Below, in pieces: positions 8,438 through 17,484 of a DNA stretch of 64,000 nucleotides. Numbering within the stretch: the stretch's first letter is position 1; each line of letters starts with the position of its first letter. The stretch is taken from NCBI GenBank assembly GCA_963422745.1, contig OY730477.1, positions 1,272,880-1,336,879 on the forward strand, read 5' to 3'. Below the pieces are notes generated by a model that did not search any database, was not told the DNA's origin, and saw only the letters and a list, made by a program, of their open reading frames with translations. Source of the stretch: Acidimicrobiales bacterium (GTDB lineage Bacteria; Actinomycetota; Acidimicrobiia; Acidimicrobiales; Aldehydirespiratoraceae). The translations under genes were made by a program, and so were the position numbers.

Positions 8438-9970
8438 TCAATTGATCTGTTTCTCCATGCCTTCCCAGTAGGGAGCGCGCAATCTGTACTTTTGGAGCTT
8501 GCCGGTTGCGGTCCGGGCCAGGTCGTCGCGGAACTCGACAGATGTGGGGCACTTGTAGTGCGCGATGCGCGCTCGGCAGTGGTCAATCAGGTCACGTTCT
8601 GAGATCTCCGAGCCCGGAACCCGCACGACGAGCGCCTTGACGGTTTCGCCCCACCTGTGGTCGGGAACCCCTATCACCGCGCACTCGGCCACGGCCTCAT
8701 GAGCGAACAAGGCGTCCTCCACCTCAATCGACGACACGTTCTCGCCGCCGGAGATGATTACGTCCTTCTTGCGGTCTGAAAGCGTGACGTATGAATCCTC
8801 GTCGATGCAACCACCATCTCCGGTGTGGAACCAGCCGCCCACCAAAGCCTCATCGGATGCCGCCGGGTTGTTCCAATAGCCCTTGAGAATGTGATTGCCC
8901 CTCGCCAGGATCTCTCCATTCGCAGACACCGCCATGTCTATGCCGAAGGCTGGGACCCCGGCCCGCGATAGTTTGGCTGCGCGCTCGGCGGGATCAAGGT
9001 GGTCCCACTCCTGGCGTGTGCGGTTCACGGTCAACAGCGGCGCGGTTTCGGTCAGACCGTAAATCTGGATGAACTCCCAGCCAAGTTCCGTCTCCACCCT
9101 TTCAATGGTTCGGGTGGGTGGGGGAGCGCCAGCCACAACTATGCGTACCCGGCCCCGGCCTGGGATCTCCCCTGGCCAGTCGACCGCGGCGTCCAGGATC
9201 GCCGTCACAACCGATGGTGCGCCGCACATGATCGTAATGCCGTGCTCGGAGACCCGCCGCAAGATCTCGTTGCCGTCAACCTTGCGAAGCACCACCTGCG
9301 GAACACCCATAGCGGTCATCGTGAAGGGCATGCCCCAGCCGTTGCAGTGAAACATCGGCAGCGTGTGAAGATACACGTCGCGGTCTCCGACACCGGCGTG
9401 CCAGCCGAACACGGCGGAGTTGGTCCACAAGTTGCGATGGGTCATCTCCACGCCCTTGGGTCTCGCGGTCGTACCGCTTGTGTAGTTGACAGCGGCGGTG
9501 GCGTTCTCGTCGGGAGTCCATGGACGAGGCTCCCGGTCAAAGAGGAACAACGAGTCGGATTCGGGGCCCGCGATGAACTTGTGTGCCACATCAATGTCGC
9601 CGAGGGTGGACCGTAGTTCGGGGTCGATGATGAGGACCTCCGCTCCGCAGTGGGCGACGATGTAGTTAATCTCGTCGCGACTCAGCCGAAAGTTGATCGG
9701 CACCGCGACCCGCCCGTAGACGCTCGCAGCGAACAACGTGAGCAGCAGCCGGGCCGAGTTGTGCGACACGATCGCGACCCTTGACCCCTGACCCAATCCC
9801 AGGTCGTCGAGCCCGGCGCTCATGGCGGCTGCAAGCTCGTTGAGCCGACGATATGTGATGTTGCCCATATCCGGTGCGGGTTGGTCCGCCTCATCAATGA
9901 TCCCTACGCGGTTGGCGTATACAAGCGACGCACGTTTCAGGTGATCGGCGACGGTCATGGGTATCAACAT
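8438..9970 (-). CDS. AMP-dependent acyl-CoA synthetase/ligase
   Basis: Contains the adenylate-forming core YTSGTTARPKGVEMTHRN and a C-terminal TATGKLQK motif. Confidence 0.9.
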   Translation of the reverse strand: MLIPMTVADHLKRASLVYANRVGIIDEADQPAPDMGNITYRRLNELAAAMSAGLDDLGLGQGSRVAIVSHNSARLLLTLFAASVYGRVAVPINFRLSRDEINYIVAHCGAEVLIIDPELRSTLGDIDVAHKFIAGPESDSLFLFDREPRPWTPDENATAAVNYTSGTTARPKGVEMTHRNLWTNSAVFGWHAGVGDRDVYLHTLPMFHCNGWGMPFTMTAMGVPQVVLRKVDGNEILRRVSEHGITIMCGAPSVVTAILDAAVDWPGEIPGRGRVRIVVAGAPPPTRTIERVETELGWEFIQIYGLTETAPLLTVNRTRQEWDHLDPAERAAKLSRAGVPAFGIDMAVSANGEILARGNHILKGYWNNPAASDEALVGGWFHTGDGGCIDEDSYVTLSDRKKDVIISGGENVSSIEVEDALFAHEAVAECAVIGVPDHRWGETVKALVVRVPGSEISERDLIDHCRARIAHYKCPTSVEFRDDLARTATGKLQKYRLRAPYWEGMEKQIN

Positions 9971-10057
9971 GTTGATGTTCCTCCCTGCGTGGGATTATGG
10001 AACATCGTCCGGCAAGCCACAATGTGACCAGCAGAGTCCCAGATCAAGCAGCCGTGC

Positions 10058-10636
10058 TCAGCAATAGGGCGGCGACATGTTGTCGGGCTCGATTCGAGTC
10101 AGCGTATTGCGGTCGGTGTGTTCGAAGGGTTCGTCGTATTCCTTCATCAGCAGGGTTGATGTTTCGTCGTAGGTGAGAGTGTCGCTATCGACCGAAAGGT
10201 TCAACACGTAAGAGACGCAGCGGGAATTGCTCATCAGGTACGGATTCTGGGTGATGCCGTATTCGTCGGAGTCGGCACCAGCCCTCAGCGTGAACGAATG
10301 ACCGTCGGGATCGGCCGGGCCACCGGCTAGGATCGTTGAGCCACGGGGGATGACGAAGGCGCGCATAACGTGGCGCAGTGCGCCACACCAAAGCCAATAG
10401 CCGACTTCGGTGTGGAATGCAACGTCCTCGCCGGGTCGCCATGCGGCCATTCGGTAGTCAAGTCCGTATAGGCACTGCTGGCCGTTGTCCACCGGACCAA
10501 ACGGCGCAAAGGAGGCCCGTTCACGGTAGTGAGTTTCGCCTTCCTCATGGTCGGCGTGGTGATAGGAAAAGTCAACACCCCCGTGTCCTTCCCACATGCC
10601 GATGAGATGGGCGAGAGGTCCGAAGTGGTTGACCAT
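10058..10636 (-). CDS. heme-binding beta-barrel (nitrobindin/DUF1794-like) protein, tentative
   Basis: The N-terminal LAHLIGMWEGHGGVDF and the size and composition resemble the FABP-like nitrobindin family. This is recalled pattern similarity only. Confidence 0.5.
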   Translation of the reverse strand: MVNHFGPLAHLIGMWEGHGGVDFSYHHADHEEGETHYRERASFAPFGPVDNGQQCLYGLDYRMAAWRPGEDVAFHTEVGYWLWCGALRHVMRAFVIPRGSTILAGGPADPDGHSFTLRAGADSDEYGITQNPYLMSNSRCVSYVLNLSVDSDTLTYDETSTLLMKEYDEPFEHTDRNTLTRIEPDNMSPPYC

Positions 10637-10684
10637 GATCTGAGGCTAATGGTTCCTTGCGCATGGTTGGGAGCGTTGAATTGG

Positions 10685-10700
10685 TGAACCGCCCGGTTCA
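10685..10700. promoter_or_regulatory. 16-nt palindrome TGAACCG-CC-CGGTTCA about 50 nt upstream of the 10636 start codon; possible operator
   Basis: Perfect 7-2-7 inverted repeat read directly from the sequence. No functional evidence. Confidence 0.25.
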
Positions 10701-10858
10701 GCCGCCTCCAAATTCAGCCCGTAGTCATTGCTGGTGGACTCGTGATTGTCACAGGGTCCGGCGCCTCAACACCGGTCCGGTTTCGTGCTGCGGGGAGGAG
10801 CCTGTTGTGATCAAACGAGGATGCTGTCGTTCAGCCGGATCAAATTGATCGCTTTCTG

Positions 10859-10949
10859 CAGCATTGACCTAGGACCGAGTCCGCATTTGACCACATCAAT
10901 CGGGTCACCGAAATTGGTGGTCTACAGCATTGAACTAGGACCGAGTCCG
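10859..10949. repeat. 25-nt direct repeat, 66-nt offset; one copy is the last 6 codons plus stop of the MFS gene
   Basis: CAGCATTGACCTAGGACCGAGTCCG (10859-10883) and CAGCATTGAACTAGGACCGAGTCCG (10925-10949) differ by 1 nt. The MFS stop codon (CTA at 10935-10937 on +) lies in the second copy. Confidence 0.85.
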
Positions 10950-12332
10950 TGTCGCATCTGTGTGCGCAATGTGTGATGTTCGGGGCAGTCGAAGCGTTAA
11001 TGGGACTGCGGCTGCGCAGAGAATGAGCAAGTACAGCATGGTGTTTCGGAATCCCGCCACGGGGTCAGAAGCCCGCTCAATGAGCGCAACGACGGCGGCA
11101 ACGTTTAGCGCCATCCCCACTTCCAGGGCTATGCGCGCCATTCCGGCACCGATTCCGAGTTCGGAGACGGAGATGTCACGTACGGTTGTACTTTGGCAGG
11201 CTGCGTGGGCGAGTCCAACACCGGTCGCATAAACGACATTGATGGCGACGAAGGCCACCAGGTTGGTGTTTTCATCAATGATGATGACGAACGCGGCACC
11301 GGCAATGGCCATAAGGATGGTGCCTGGCACGATGACCACCCGATGACCAAAACGATCTGCTATCCGGCCCGCGACTACCGTGAGTGGCCCAGCGATGGTC
11401 GGGATCAGAGCCACGAGCAGTCCCGCCTGGAAAAGCGAGAACCCCCAGCCGGAATCAAGAAACCGAATCTGCCCCAAGAAAACACCCGCGAAACTCCCAG
11501 CAACGAGAACCTGAAGAATGCTGCCGAGCCGAAACGTCGGGATCCGATAAAGGTCCAGCTTCAGTATCGGATCGGCTTGGCGTCGGCTGCGCAATACCAG
11601 CAGCACACCGAACGTGCCCGCAGTGAACAACGTCATGATCGTTCGGGCATCAAAGTAATCCCATTCCGGGCTCTGCACGATGCCCAAAATCAAAGCTGTG
11701 GTTGACCCGATTATCAGGACCGCACCCAGCAAGTCGGGCGGGCCGCGGTGGCCATCAGGTCGGGCCCGTTCGAGTCGCGGCCAGATGACGGCAAGGATCA
11801 ACAAACCGATCGGGATATTGCCCGAAAACGTCCAGCGCCATCCGATTGAGTCGACCAGTGCTCCACCCACCACTGGTCCCAATGCCGCGGAGATGCCTCC
11901 CAGACCGCCTATGGCACCCACGGCTGTTGCACGCCGCTCGACAGGAAACGCGTGCATGACGATCGCCAACGCCGCGGGAGACTCGAAAGCCAGGGCGGCC
12001 GCTTGCATCACCCTGGCGACGATGAGGAATTCGATGGATGGTGCCAATGCAACCAAACCCGACGCGACAACGAACACAGCGAACCCGTAGAGAAAGACGG
12101 TGGCTCGTCCGTAACGGTCTGCCGCCCATCCTCCCGGGATGATCAAGGCACCCAGGGTTATGGAGAACGCTGTCAGTGCCCACGACACCGAAGCTTGATC
12201 TATATTGAAACTTTCTGAAATATCGCCAAACGCAACAAAAATAAGTGAAAAGTTAAGAGATGCCAAAACCATCGTCAGCCCGACCAGAAAGAAAAGCCGC
12301 CACGCTGCGCGGGATGGTCGGATGGTCGCCAT
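10935..12332 (-). CDS. MFS transporter (DHA2/EmrB-like, about 14 TM)
   Basis: A 465-aa polytopic protein. GWAADRYGR is the MFS loop 2-3 motif. Confidence 0.85.
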   Translation of the reverse strand: MATIRPSRAAWRLFFLVGLTMVLASLNFSLIFVAFGDISESFNIDQASVSWALTAFSITLGALIIPGGWAADRYGRATVFLYGFAVFVVASGLVALAPSIEFLIVARVMQAAALAFESPAALAIVMHAFPVERRATAVGAIGGLGGISAALGPVVGGALVDSIGWRWTFSGNIPIGLLILAVIWPRLERARPDGHRGPPDLLGAVLIIGSTTALILGIVQSPEWDYFDARTIMTLFTAGTFGVLLVLRSRRQADPILKLDLYRIPTFRLGSILQVLVAGSFAGVFLGQIRFLDSGWGFSLFQAGLLVALIPTIAGPLTVVAGRIADRFGHRVVIVPGTILMAIAGAAFVIIIDENTNLVAFVAINVVYATGVGLAHAACQSTTVRDISVSELGIGAGMARIALEVGMALNVAAVVALIERASDPVAGFRNTMLYLLILCAAAVPLTLRLPRTSHIAHTDATRTRS

Positions 12333-12446
12333 GAGCCACTCTCGCTAGATTGATTGGGTTGGGAGGATGCAATTCGGATCGCAGCCTGCGGGCCGGTTCC
12401 AAACGTGTGAAGGTCGAAGTTCTGATCCTCACTCAATCCAGCCCTT

Positions 12447-13181
12447 ATGGACCCAAAGAGCACGATGGACCCCAAGAGCACGGACAACGGTATGGACCCT
12501 GAAACCGTCATGAGCATGCTTGAAGAATCTGGCAGTGCCCAAACTCGCCGAATTTATCTGCGCCACGGTGCTGGTGAGCCAGTATTCGGGGTGAGCTACG
12601 GCGAGTTGAACCGCCTGGCCAAAAAGATCAAGACCGACCATGCACTCGCCGTTGACTTGTGGGCAACGGGCAATCACGATGCCAGGGAGCTTGCCGCAAA
12701 GATTGTTGACAAGGACCGTGTGACCAAGGCCTTGGCCCGAAGGTGGCTGGCTGACACCGATAACTATGTGTCAATGGGGTCGGTTGCGGGTGTGGTGGCG
12801 AACTCTCCGCATGCCCGTGAATTGAGCGACGAATGGCGGGATCAAAGTCGGGAATGGACTGCGGCAGCAGGGTGGTTGTTGGTGGCGTATTGCGCCGAAC
12901 GATCTGATGTCTTCTCCGGTGATGATCTGGGGTTGATGTTGCAGCAAATCGAGACCGAGATCCATGATCGGGCGAATCGGGTACGCCACGAGATGAATCA
13001 GGCACTGATCGCGATTGCTCTGCGTGATGAGGATCTGCGCAAACAGGCCATTGACGCGGCCGGTCGTATAGGCACGGTGATGGTTGATCACGGCCGAACC
13101 GGGTGCAAGACTCCCGATGCTGTGAGCTACATCAACAAAACCGTGGCTTACCGCGCCCGGCGTGCCGCACGAAACAGGTAA
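12447..13181 (+). CDS. DNA alkylation repair protein (AlkD-like HEAT-repeat family)
   Basis: QTRRIYLRHGAGEPVFGVSYGELNRLAKKIKTDHALAVDLW matches the N-terminal pattern of the family. The start is uncertain (ATG 12447, 12465 or 12492); the first two ATGs lie in an 18-nt tandem duplication. Confidence 0.7.
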   Translation: MDPKSTMDPKSTDNGMDPETVMSMLEESGSAQTRRIYLRHGAGEPVFGVSYGELNRLAKKIKTDHALAVDLWATGNHDARELAAKIVDKDRVTKALARRWLADTDNYVSMGSVAGVVANSPHARELSDEWRDQSREWTAAAGWLLVAYCAERSDVFSGDDLGLMLQQIETEIHDRANRVRHEMNQALIAIALRDEDLRKQAIDAAGRIGTVMVDHGRTGCKTPDAVSYINKTVAYRARRAARNR

Positions 13182-13191
13182 CGGACGGCCA

Positions 13192-14103
13192 TCAAAGCGG
13201 CGCTATGTCGAAGCGGAATGGAGCTGGCCGGTGATTTGGCGGCCCGGCTCGATGGAACTTGATCATCCGAACTACCCGCTGACGATGACCCGCGAAGGGT
13301 TCGAGCAACTCAAGCATGCGGTTGTCGTCTCCTACTGTGCCGTTGAGGGTGTAGGTAACCATGGCGGGAATGTGCAGATCGCCTACTGGCACCGCGTCGG
13401 GATCACCCACTGCGACCGAGGTCGTCAGCGCAGCGGTCCAAGTGCCGACGCCTGGTAGTTGTCGCAGCCAATCACCGGCTTCGTTCGGGGATAGGTCGCC
13501 CAGGCGCTCAAGTCTGTCGGCGTATTTTGCAGCTATGCGCAGGACACGGGCGCGGCTGCGCTCTATGCCAGCACTGTGGAACTGGTGATCCGTGACGCGA
13601 AGCAATGCCTCGGGCGTCGGAAATGCAGGTAAAGGTCCGCCTAATGTGTTGTCTCCGAACCGGTGTAGCAACCGGAAGCGTGATGTTGTTGCGTCCGCCT
13701 TCACGACCCGTTGCCCTATAGCTGCGGTAGCGAGCGCCTCGTACCAGCGGTGTGTGGAGCCAAGGCGGGGCACACCCACGGACTGCTGTAGACGTCGAAT
13801 AATGGGATGGTCGGTAATGAAGTCCTTCGCGGTTTCGTCCCGGTCGCCGATGAGAGCCGGAAATCGTGCGATCATCCATTCGGTGCCCAAACCCCATGCG
13901 TCGACTCGCAGTGTCTCGCCCGCAACCCTGAACGCCATCAGTCCGACTCCGTCGGGGGTCGTGGTTGACCACCAGTAGACGCCGCGGCGGCGACGGACTG
14001 TCTTGGCACCCATCACTGCAAACCCGACGTTGAGTTTCTGACGGGGTCGGTAGGTGAAAGAGGCGGCAGGCGGCCCTGGCGGTTTCGGATCGGGTTGGCT
14101 CAC
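13192..14103 (-). CDS. DNA-3-methyladenine glycosylase II-like (HhH-GPD superfamily)
   Basis: Contains the helix-hairpin-helix LRQLPGVGTWTAAL followed by an Asp-containing VPVGDLH. The GTG start overlaps the upstream stop (GTGA at 14100-14103). Confidence 0.7.
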   Translation of the reverse strand: MSQPDPKPPGPPAASFTYRPRQKLNVGFAVMGAKTVRRRRGVYWWSTTTPDGVGLMAFRVAGETLRVDAWGLGTEWMIARFPALIGDRDETAKDFITDHPIIRRLQQSVGVPRLGSTHRWYEALATAAIGQRVVKADATTSRFRLLHRFGDNTLGGPLPAFPTPEALLRVTDHQFHSAGIERSRARVLRIAAKYADRLERLGDLSPNEAGDWLRQLPGVGTWTAALTTSVAVGDPDAVPVGDLHIPAMVTYTLNGTVGDDNRMLELLEPFAGHRQRVVRMIKFHRAGPPNHRPAPFRFDIAPL

Positions 14104-14939
14104 CCAGCGGTTAGGTGTTTTGAGACGTTGTGCACGGATCCTGATTTGTAACTGGCCGCTGGTGTCGAAGCCGAATTGCGGCGAGAGATCCAGGATTGGA
14201 TCGGCGTGTCAATGACGATCACACCTGCGACCAAGGCCATGGCGGCGATGATGTCAAGCCACCAGTGGTTGGCGGTTATCACGACGGCGGCGATCATCAA
14301 AGCGGGATGAGCAAGGGCGAGATAGCGATGAAGGGTTGAGCCAGCCCGGATGATTGCCCATGCACCGATGAGCGCCCAACCGACGTGCAGCGACGGCATG
14401 GCCGCGATTTGGTTCGCCGTGGAGGCGATCGTTTCGCTGTCGTAGATCTTCGGTCCGTGGGTCTGAAGAGTGTCAACGAAACCCATGTCGGGAAACCACC
14501 GCGGCGGAGCCAGCGGGAAAATAAGGTGAACCCCCAATGCGATGAACGTGACGCCGAACATCACGCGTCGAATCCGGCCGTAATGGTCGTAGTGGCGGAT
14601 ATAGAGCCACACCAAGAACACCACGGTTCCGGTGAAGTGGGCGAAGAAGTAGTAGCGGTTGAGCAGCCAAACGAGAGCATCATTGTCCAACACGGCCGCC
14701 TGGATACGTACCTCGTTGAAGATCCCGAGCGCCTGTTCCCAATCGACGATGGTGTGGGAGTTGGTGATCGCCTCGCCGATCTCGTCTTTGACGATGAGTC
14801 GCACGAGCCGGTACAGCAGGAAACCACCGATGATCAGCGTCAGTTCACGGCCGAGACGCCAACCGAAACGCGAATCGCGGTTCGGATCGGTACTTGAGGA
14901 ACCGCCATGCAGGTCAATGGTGACACCAGTCATCTGCAC
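14100..14939 (-). CDS. PAP2-superfamily membrane protein (Aur1/Ipt1-like PAP2_C type)
   Basis: Polytopic, with the AAMPSLHVGWA motif typical of that PAP2 branch. The start is GTG 14939 or ATG 14933. Confidence 0.65.
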   Translation of the reverse strand: MQMTGVTIDLHGGSSSTDPNRDSRFGWRLGRELTLIIGGFLLYRLVRLIVKDEIGEAITNSHTIVDWEQALGIFNEVRIQAAVLDNDALVWLLNRYYFFAHFTGTVVFLVWLYIRHYDHYGRIRRVMFGVTFIALGVHLIFPLAPPRWFPDMGFVDTLQTHGPKIYDSETIASTANQIAAMPSLHVGWALIGAWAIIRAGSTLHRYLALAHPALMIAAVVITANHWWLDIIAAMALVAGVIVIDTPIQSWISRRNSASTPAASYKSGSVHNVSKHLTAG

Positions 14940-14950
14940 CTCCGTCGTCT

Positions 14951-15056
14951 AGCAATGAACGCTAACAGATGTGGTTCATTCTGTGCCCGGCCCCATCAGA
15001 CGTTCTTGTTCCCGGTAGCAATGAACGCTAACGGATGTGGTTCATTCTGTGCCCGG
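14951..15056. repeat. 40-nt direct repeat, 66-nt offset, each copy holding a 7-13-7 inverted repeat AATGAAC-N13-GTTCATT
   Basis: AGCAATGAACGCTAAC(A/G)GATGTGGTTCATTCTGTGCCCGG occurs at 14951-14990 and 15017-15056. The second copy contains the stop and last 4 codons of the 15042..15461 gene. Confidence 0.9.
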
Positions 15057-15461
15057 CTGGTTGTCTGGCAGTTGGTCGGCCGTCTCCGATGCGTCAAGGG
15101 CGTCAACCAAGGCCTGAAGATACTCCAGCACGTCACGATCGTCGGCATCGGCCTGCATGCGGTACTGCGCGATCGCCTCGTCAATAGCTGTGGCTGTGTT
15201 TGGTCCATTCAGACCGTCAATCACTCCGGGATCAAATCCTAGCCGGTGGAGGTGTCCTTGAATCACCAGCACCTCGTCACCGGTTAGCGGATCGTCCGAT
15301 TCCTTCTGCTCCACAGAGGTGTCTTCATCAACTGGCACGGCAACCAAGGCCCCATCGGGGCCAAACGCCTCCTCCACGACCGGCGCAGCGAAACGCGTCG
15401 CGGTTATCAGCGCTATGGCTACGATCAGCAGCAGGAACAGACCTTGGATGTGGCTGTGCAT
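15042..15461 (-). CDS. membrane-anchored protein with a peptidoglycan-binding (PG_binding_1) domain
   Basis: VLVIQGHLHRLGFDPGVIDGLNGPNTATAIDEAIAQY matches the PG-binding repeat. The hydrophobic anchor GLFLLLIVAIALI follows ATG 15461. Confidence 0.65.
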   Translation of the reverse strand: MHSHIQGLFLLLIVAIALITATRFAAPVVEEAFGPDGALVAVPVDEDTSVEQKESDDPLTGDEVLVIQGHLHRLGFDPGVIDGLNGPNTATAIDEAIAQYRMQADADDRDVLEYLQALVDALDASETADQLPDNQPGTE

Positions 15462-15478
15462 CACAAGATTCTCATGGG

Positions 15479-15811
15479 CTATTCGGGTCGATTGCGGCGG
15501 CGGCCGATGAGACGTGATCGGATGTCTGAACAGGTGGGACAAATCGGGTACCTGTCAGGGTCACGGTGCGGAACCCAAACCTTCCCGCACAGCGCCTGCA
15601 CGGGTGTGCCCTCAACGGCGGAGCGGGTAGCGTCAGCCTTTCGGACATAGTGAGCGAATCGGTCGTGGTCGCCGTTGTCGGTGACGGGTTTCGTAATCGT
15701 CTCGGTGACCGGCAGCGTTGGTAGCTGAATCGGATCGGGCATGGCCTCAAGTATGGCGTCAGTTGACCGGCGTGCTGGCTCATTCGGGGTCTGAGTCCAG
15801 TGTCCACCCAA
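15479..15811 (-). CDS. DUF3039-family protein (actinobacterial conserved)
   Basis: Contains GDHDRFAHYV ... ALCGKVWVPHRDPDRYPICPTC, the characteristic DUF3039 block. ATG 15742 is an alternative start. Confidence 0.7.
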   Translation of the reverse strand: MGGHWTQTPNEPARRSTDAILEAMPDPIQLPTLPVTETITKPVTDNGDHDRFAHYVRKADATRSAVEGTPVQALCGKVWVPHRDPDRYPICPTCSDIRSRLIGRRRNRPE

Positions 15812-15838
15812 TTCAGAAGTTCCTTCTTCGGCGGACCG

Positions 15839-17335
15839 TTAGCGACTCAATGCCCGCAGGGCCTCAAGGGTGTCGGCTTCGGAGGCTGGCTTGCTGTGCC
15901 GGTACCGCACGACCCGTGCGAATCGCAGTGCTATCGCACCGGGATAGCGAGTGGAGTGCTGCACGCCGTCGATCGCAACCTCGACTACCTGGATGGGCCG
16001 CAACCGCACAACCCAACCGTTGTCGTTGATCGCGAGTTCACCGAAGCGCTTGGTTTGCCACCGCAAGATCTGATCGGTCATCCCTTTGAAAGTTTTGCCC
16101 ACCATCACGAAGCCGCCGTCGGGACCTCGAGCGCCAAGATGGATGTTGGACAGCATTCCTTGTCGCCGACCGCTGCCGTGCTCCACCGCTAGCACGACGA
16201 GGTCGAACCGATGCACCGGTTTCACCTTTCTCCACGCGTTGCCTCGACGTCCCGCGTTGTAGACGGATCCGGCGGCCTTCACCATCACCCCTTCATGGCC
16301 GAGAGTGAGAGCCTCGTCGAGTACGCCTTGGCCAGCCTCGGGATCGTCGGTAACGATCCCTGGAATTCTGTGTCTGCCTACCACCGACTCCAGTCGCTCG
16401 AGACGGGTCGTTAGGGGCTCGTCAATCAGCGTGACTCCGTCATGATGCAACAGATCAAAGAAGAACGAATCCACGGCGGTTCTGTTGGACATCGTGTCCT
16501 GAAACGCAAGTGGAGCGCCTTCGGGGCTGGTACCGAGAGCCTCGCCGTCGAGCACAAGTTGTTGCGCGGGCAAGGCTGCGACGGTCTCGACGATTTCGCT
16601 GACACGTTCGGTGATGTCGTTGAGGTTGCGAGTCCAGACCCGCACACGATCATGTTGTTTGTGGACCTGGATCCGGATGCCGTCAAGTTTCCACTCCACT
16701 GACGCTGACCCGAGATCAGCAATCGCATCGGCCACGCTTGCCGCGGTTGACGCAAGCATCGGCCGGATCGGTGTATGCAGCCTCAGATCGACCGCCTTGA
16801 GTCCGGGGCGGCCCTGTCGCATGGCGATTTCCGCTGCAGTCGCGAGGTCACCGGACAGCATCACCGCGCGCTTGAGAAGCCCCGACGGTACACCGGCGGC
16901 CTTGGCCACAGCCTCGGTGACGATCCCCTCGTTGGCACCTTGGCGCAATTCACCGACAAGAAGGCGGCGCACAAAGTCGGCCTCCGCCTCAGTGCAACGC
17001 GTCAAGAAACTCTCGAGCAATTCTCGACGGGTTCCCTGCGCGCCCTTGCCGCGGGTGCGGGCAAGCTGTGTCAGCAGATCGTCGAGATCGGTGAGGTTGA
17101 GGGTCGCATTGGCGCTGACGGTGGAACTCGTCTTGTCGACTGCAGCCCATCCGACTCCGATTCGACCCTGACGAGGGTTGCCAGCGATCACCCCGACCAC
17201 CACCGCCATCTCGGTGCCCGACGCCGACTTCAACAACTCGGCCAGCCGTTGGATCTTCACCCCGCGCGCTGCGGTAGCGGCGACCGCCTCAGTTGTGTCA
17301 ACCAAATCTATCAGTCTCACCGGTCCCAGTCCCAT
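15839..17335 (-). CDS. ATP-dependent DNA ligase
   Basis: Contains the adenylation motif EWKLDGIRIQVH (KxDG) and downstream EGVMVK and RRGNAWRKVKP motifs. Confidence 0.9.
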   Translation of the reverse strand: MGLGPVRLIDLVDTTEAVAATAARGVKIQRLAELLKSASGTEMAVVVGVIAGNPRQGRIGVGWAAVDKTSSTVSANATLNLTDLDDLLTQLARTRGKGAQGTRRELLESFLTRCTEAEADFVRRLLVGELRQGANEGIVTEAVAKAAGVPSGLLKRAVMLSGDLATAAEIAMRQGRPGLKAVDLRLHTPIRPMLASTAASVADAIADLGSASVEWKLDGIRIQVHKQHDRVRVWTRNLNDITERVSEIVETVAALPAQQLVLDGEALGTSPEGAPLAFQDTMSNRTAVDSFFFDLLHHDGVTLIDEPLTTRLERLESVVGRHRIPGIVTDDPEAGQGVLDEALTLGHEGVMVKAAGSVYNAGRRGNAWRKVKPVHRFDLVVLAVEHGSGRRQGMLSNIHLGARGPDGGFVMVGKTFKGMTDQILRWQTKRFGELAINDNGWVVRLRPIQVVEVAIDGVQHSTRYPGAIALRFARVVRYRHSKPASEADTLEALRALSR

Positions 17336-17484
17336 ATGAGGTCAGGCGTTCGTGGTGTTGGGTCCACGGAGGCGCTTCTGTCACTAAGGCTCGCCTCAAG
17401 CACCAGGTCGTGCTTGCTTCAGGGTCGGGCTTGCTGAGCTCGGATTGGTGTCCGGATAGGCTTGATGAGTCACGGTTGGTGATG

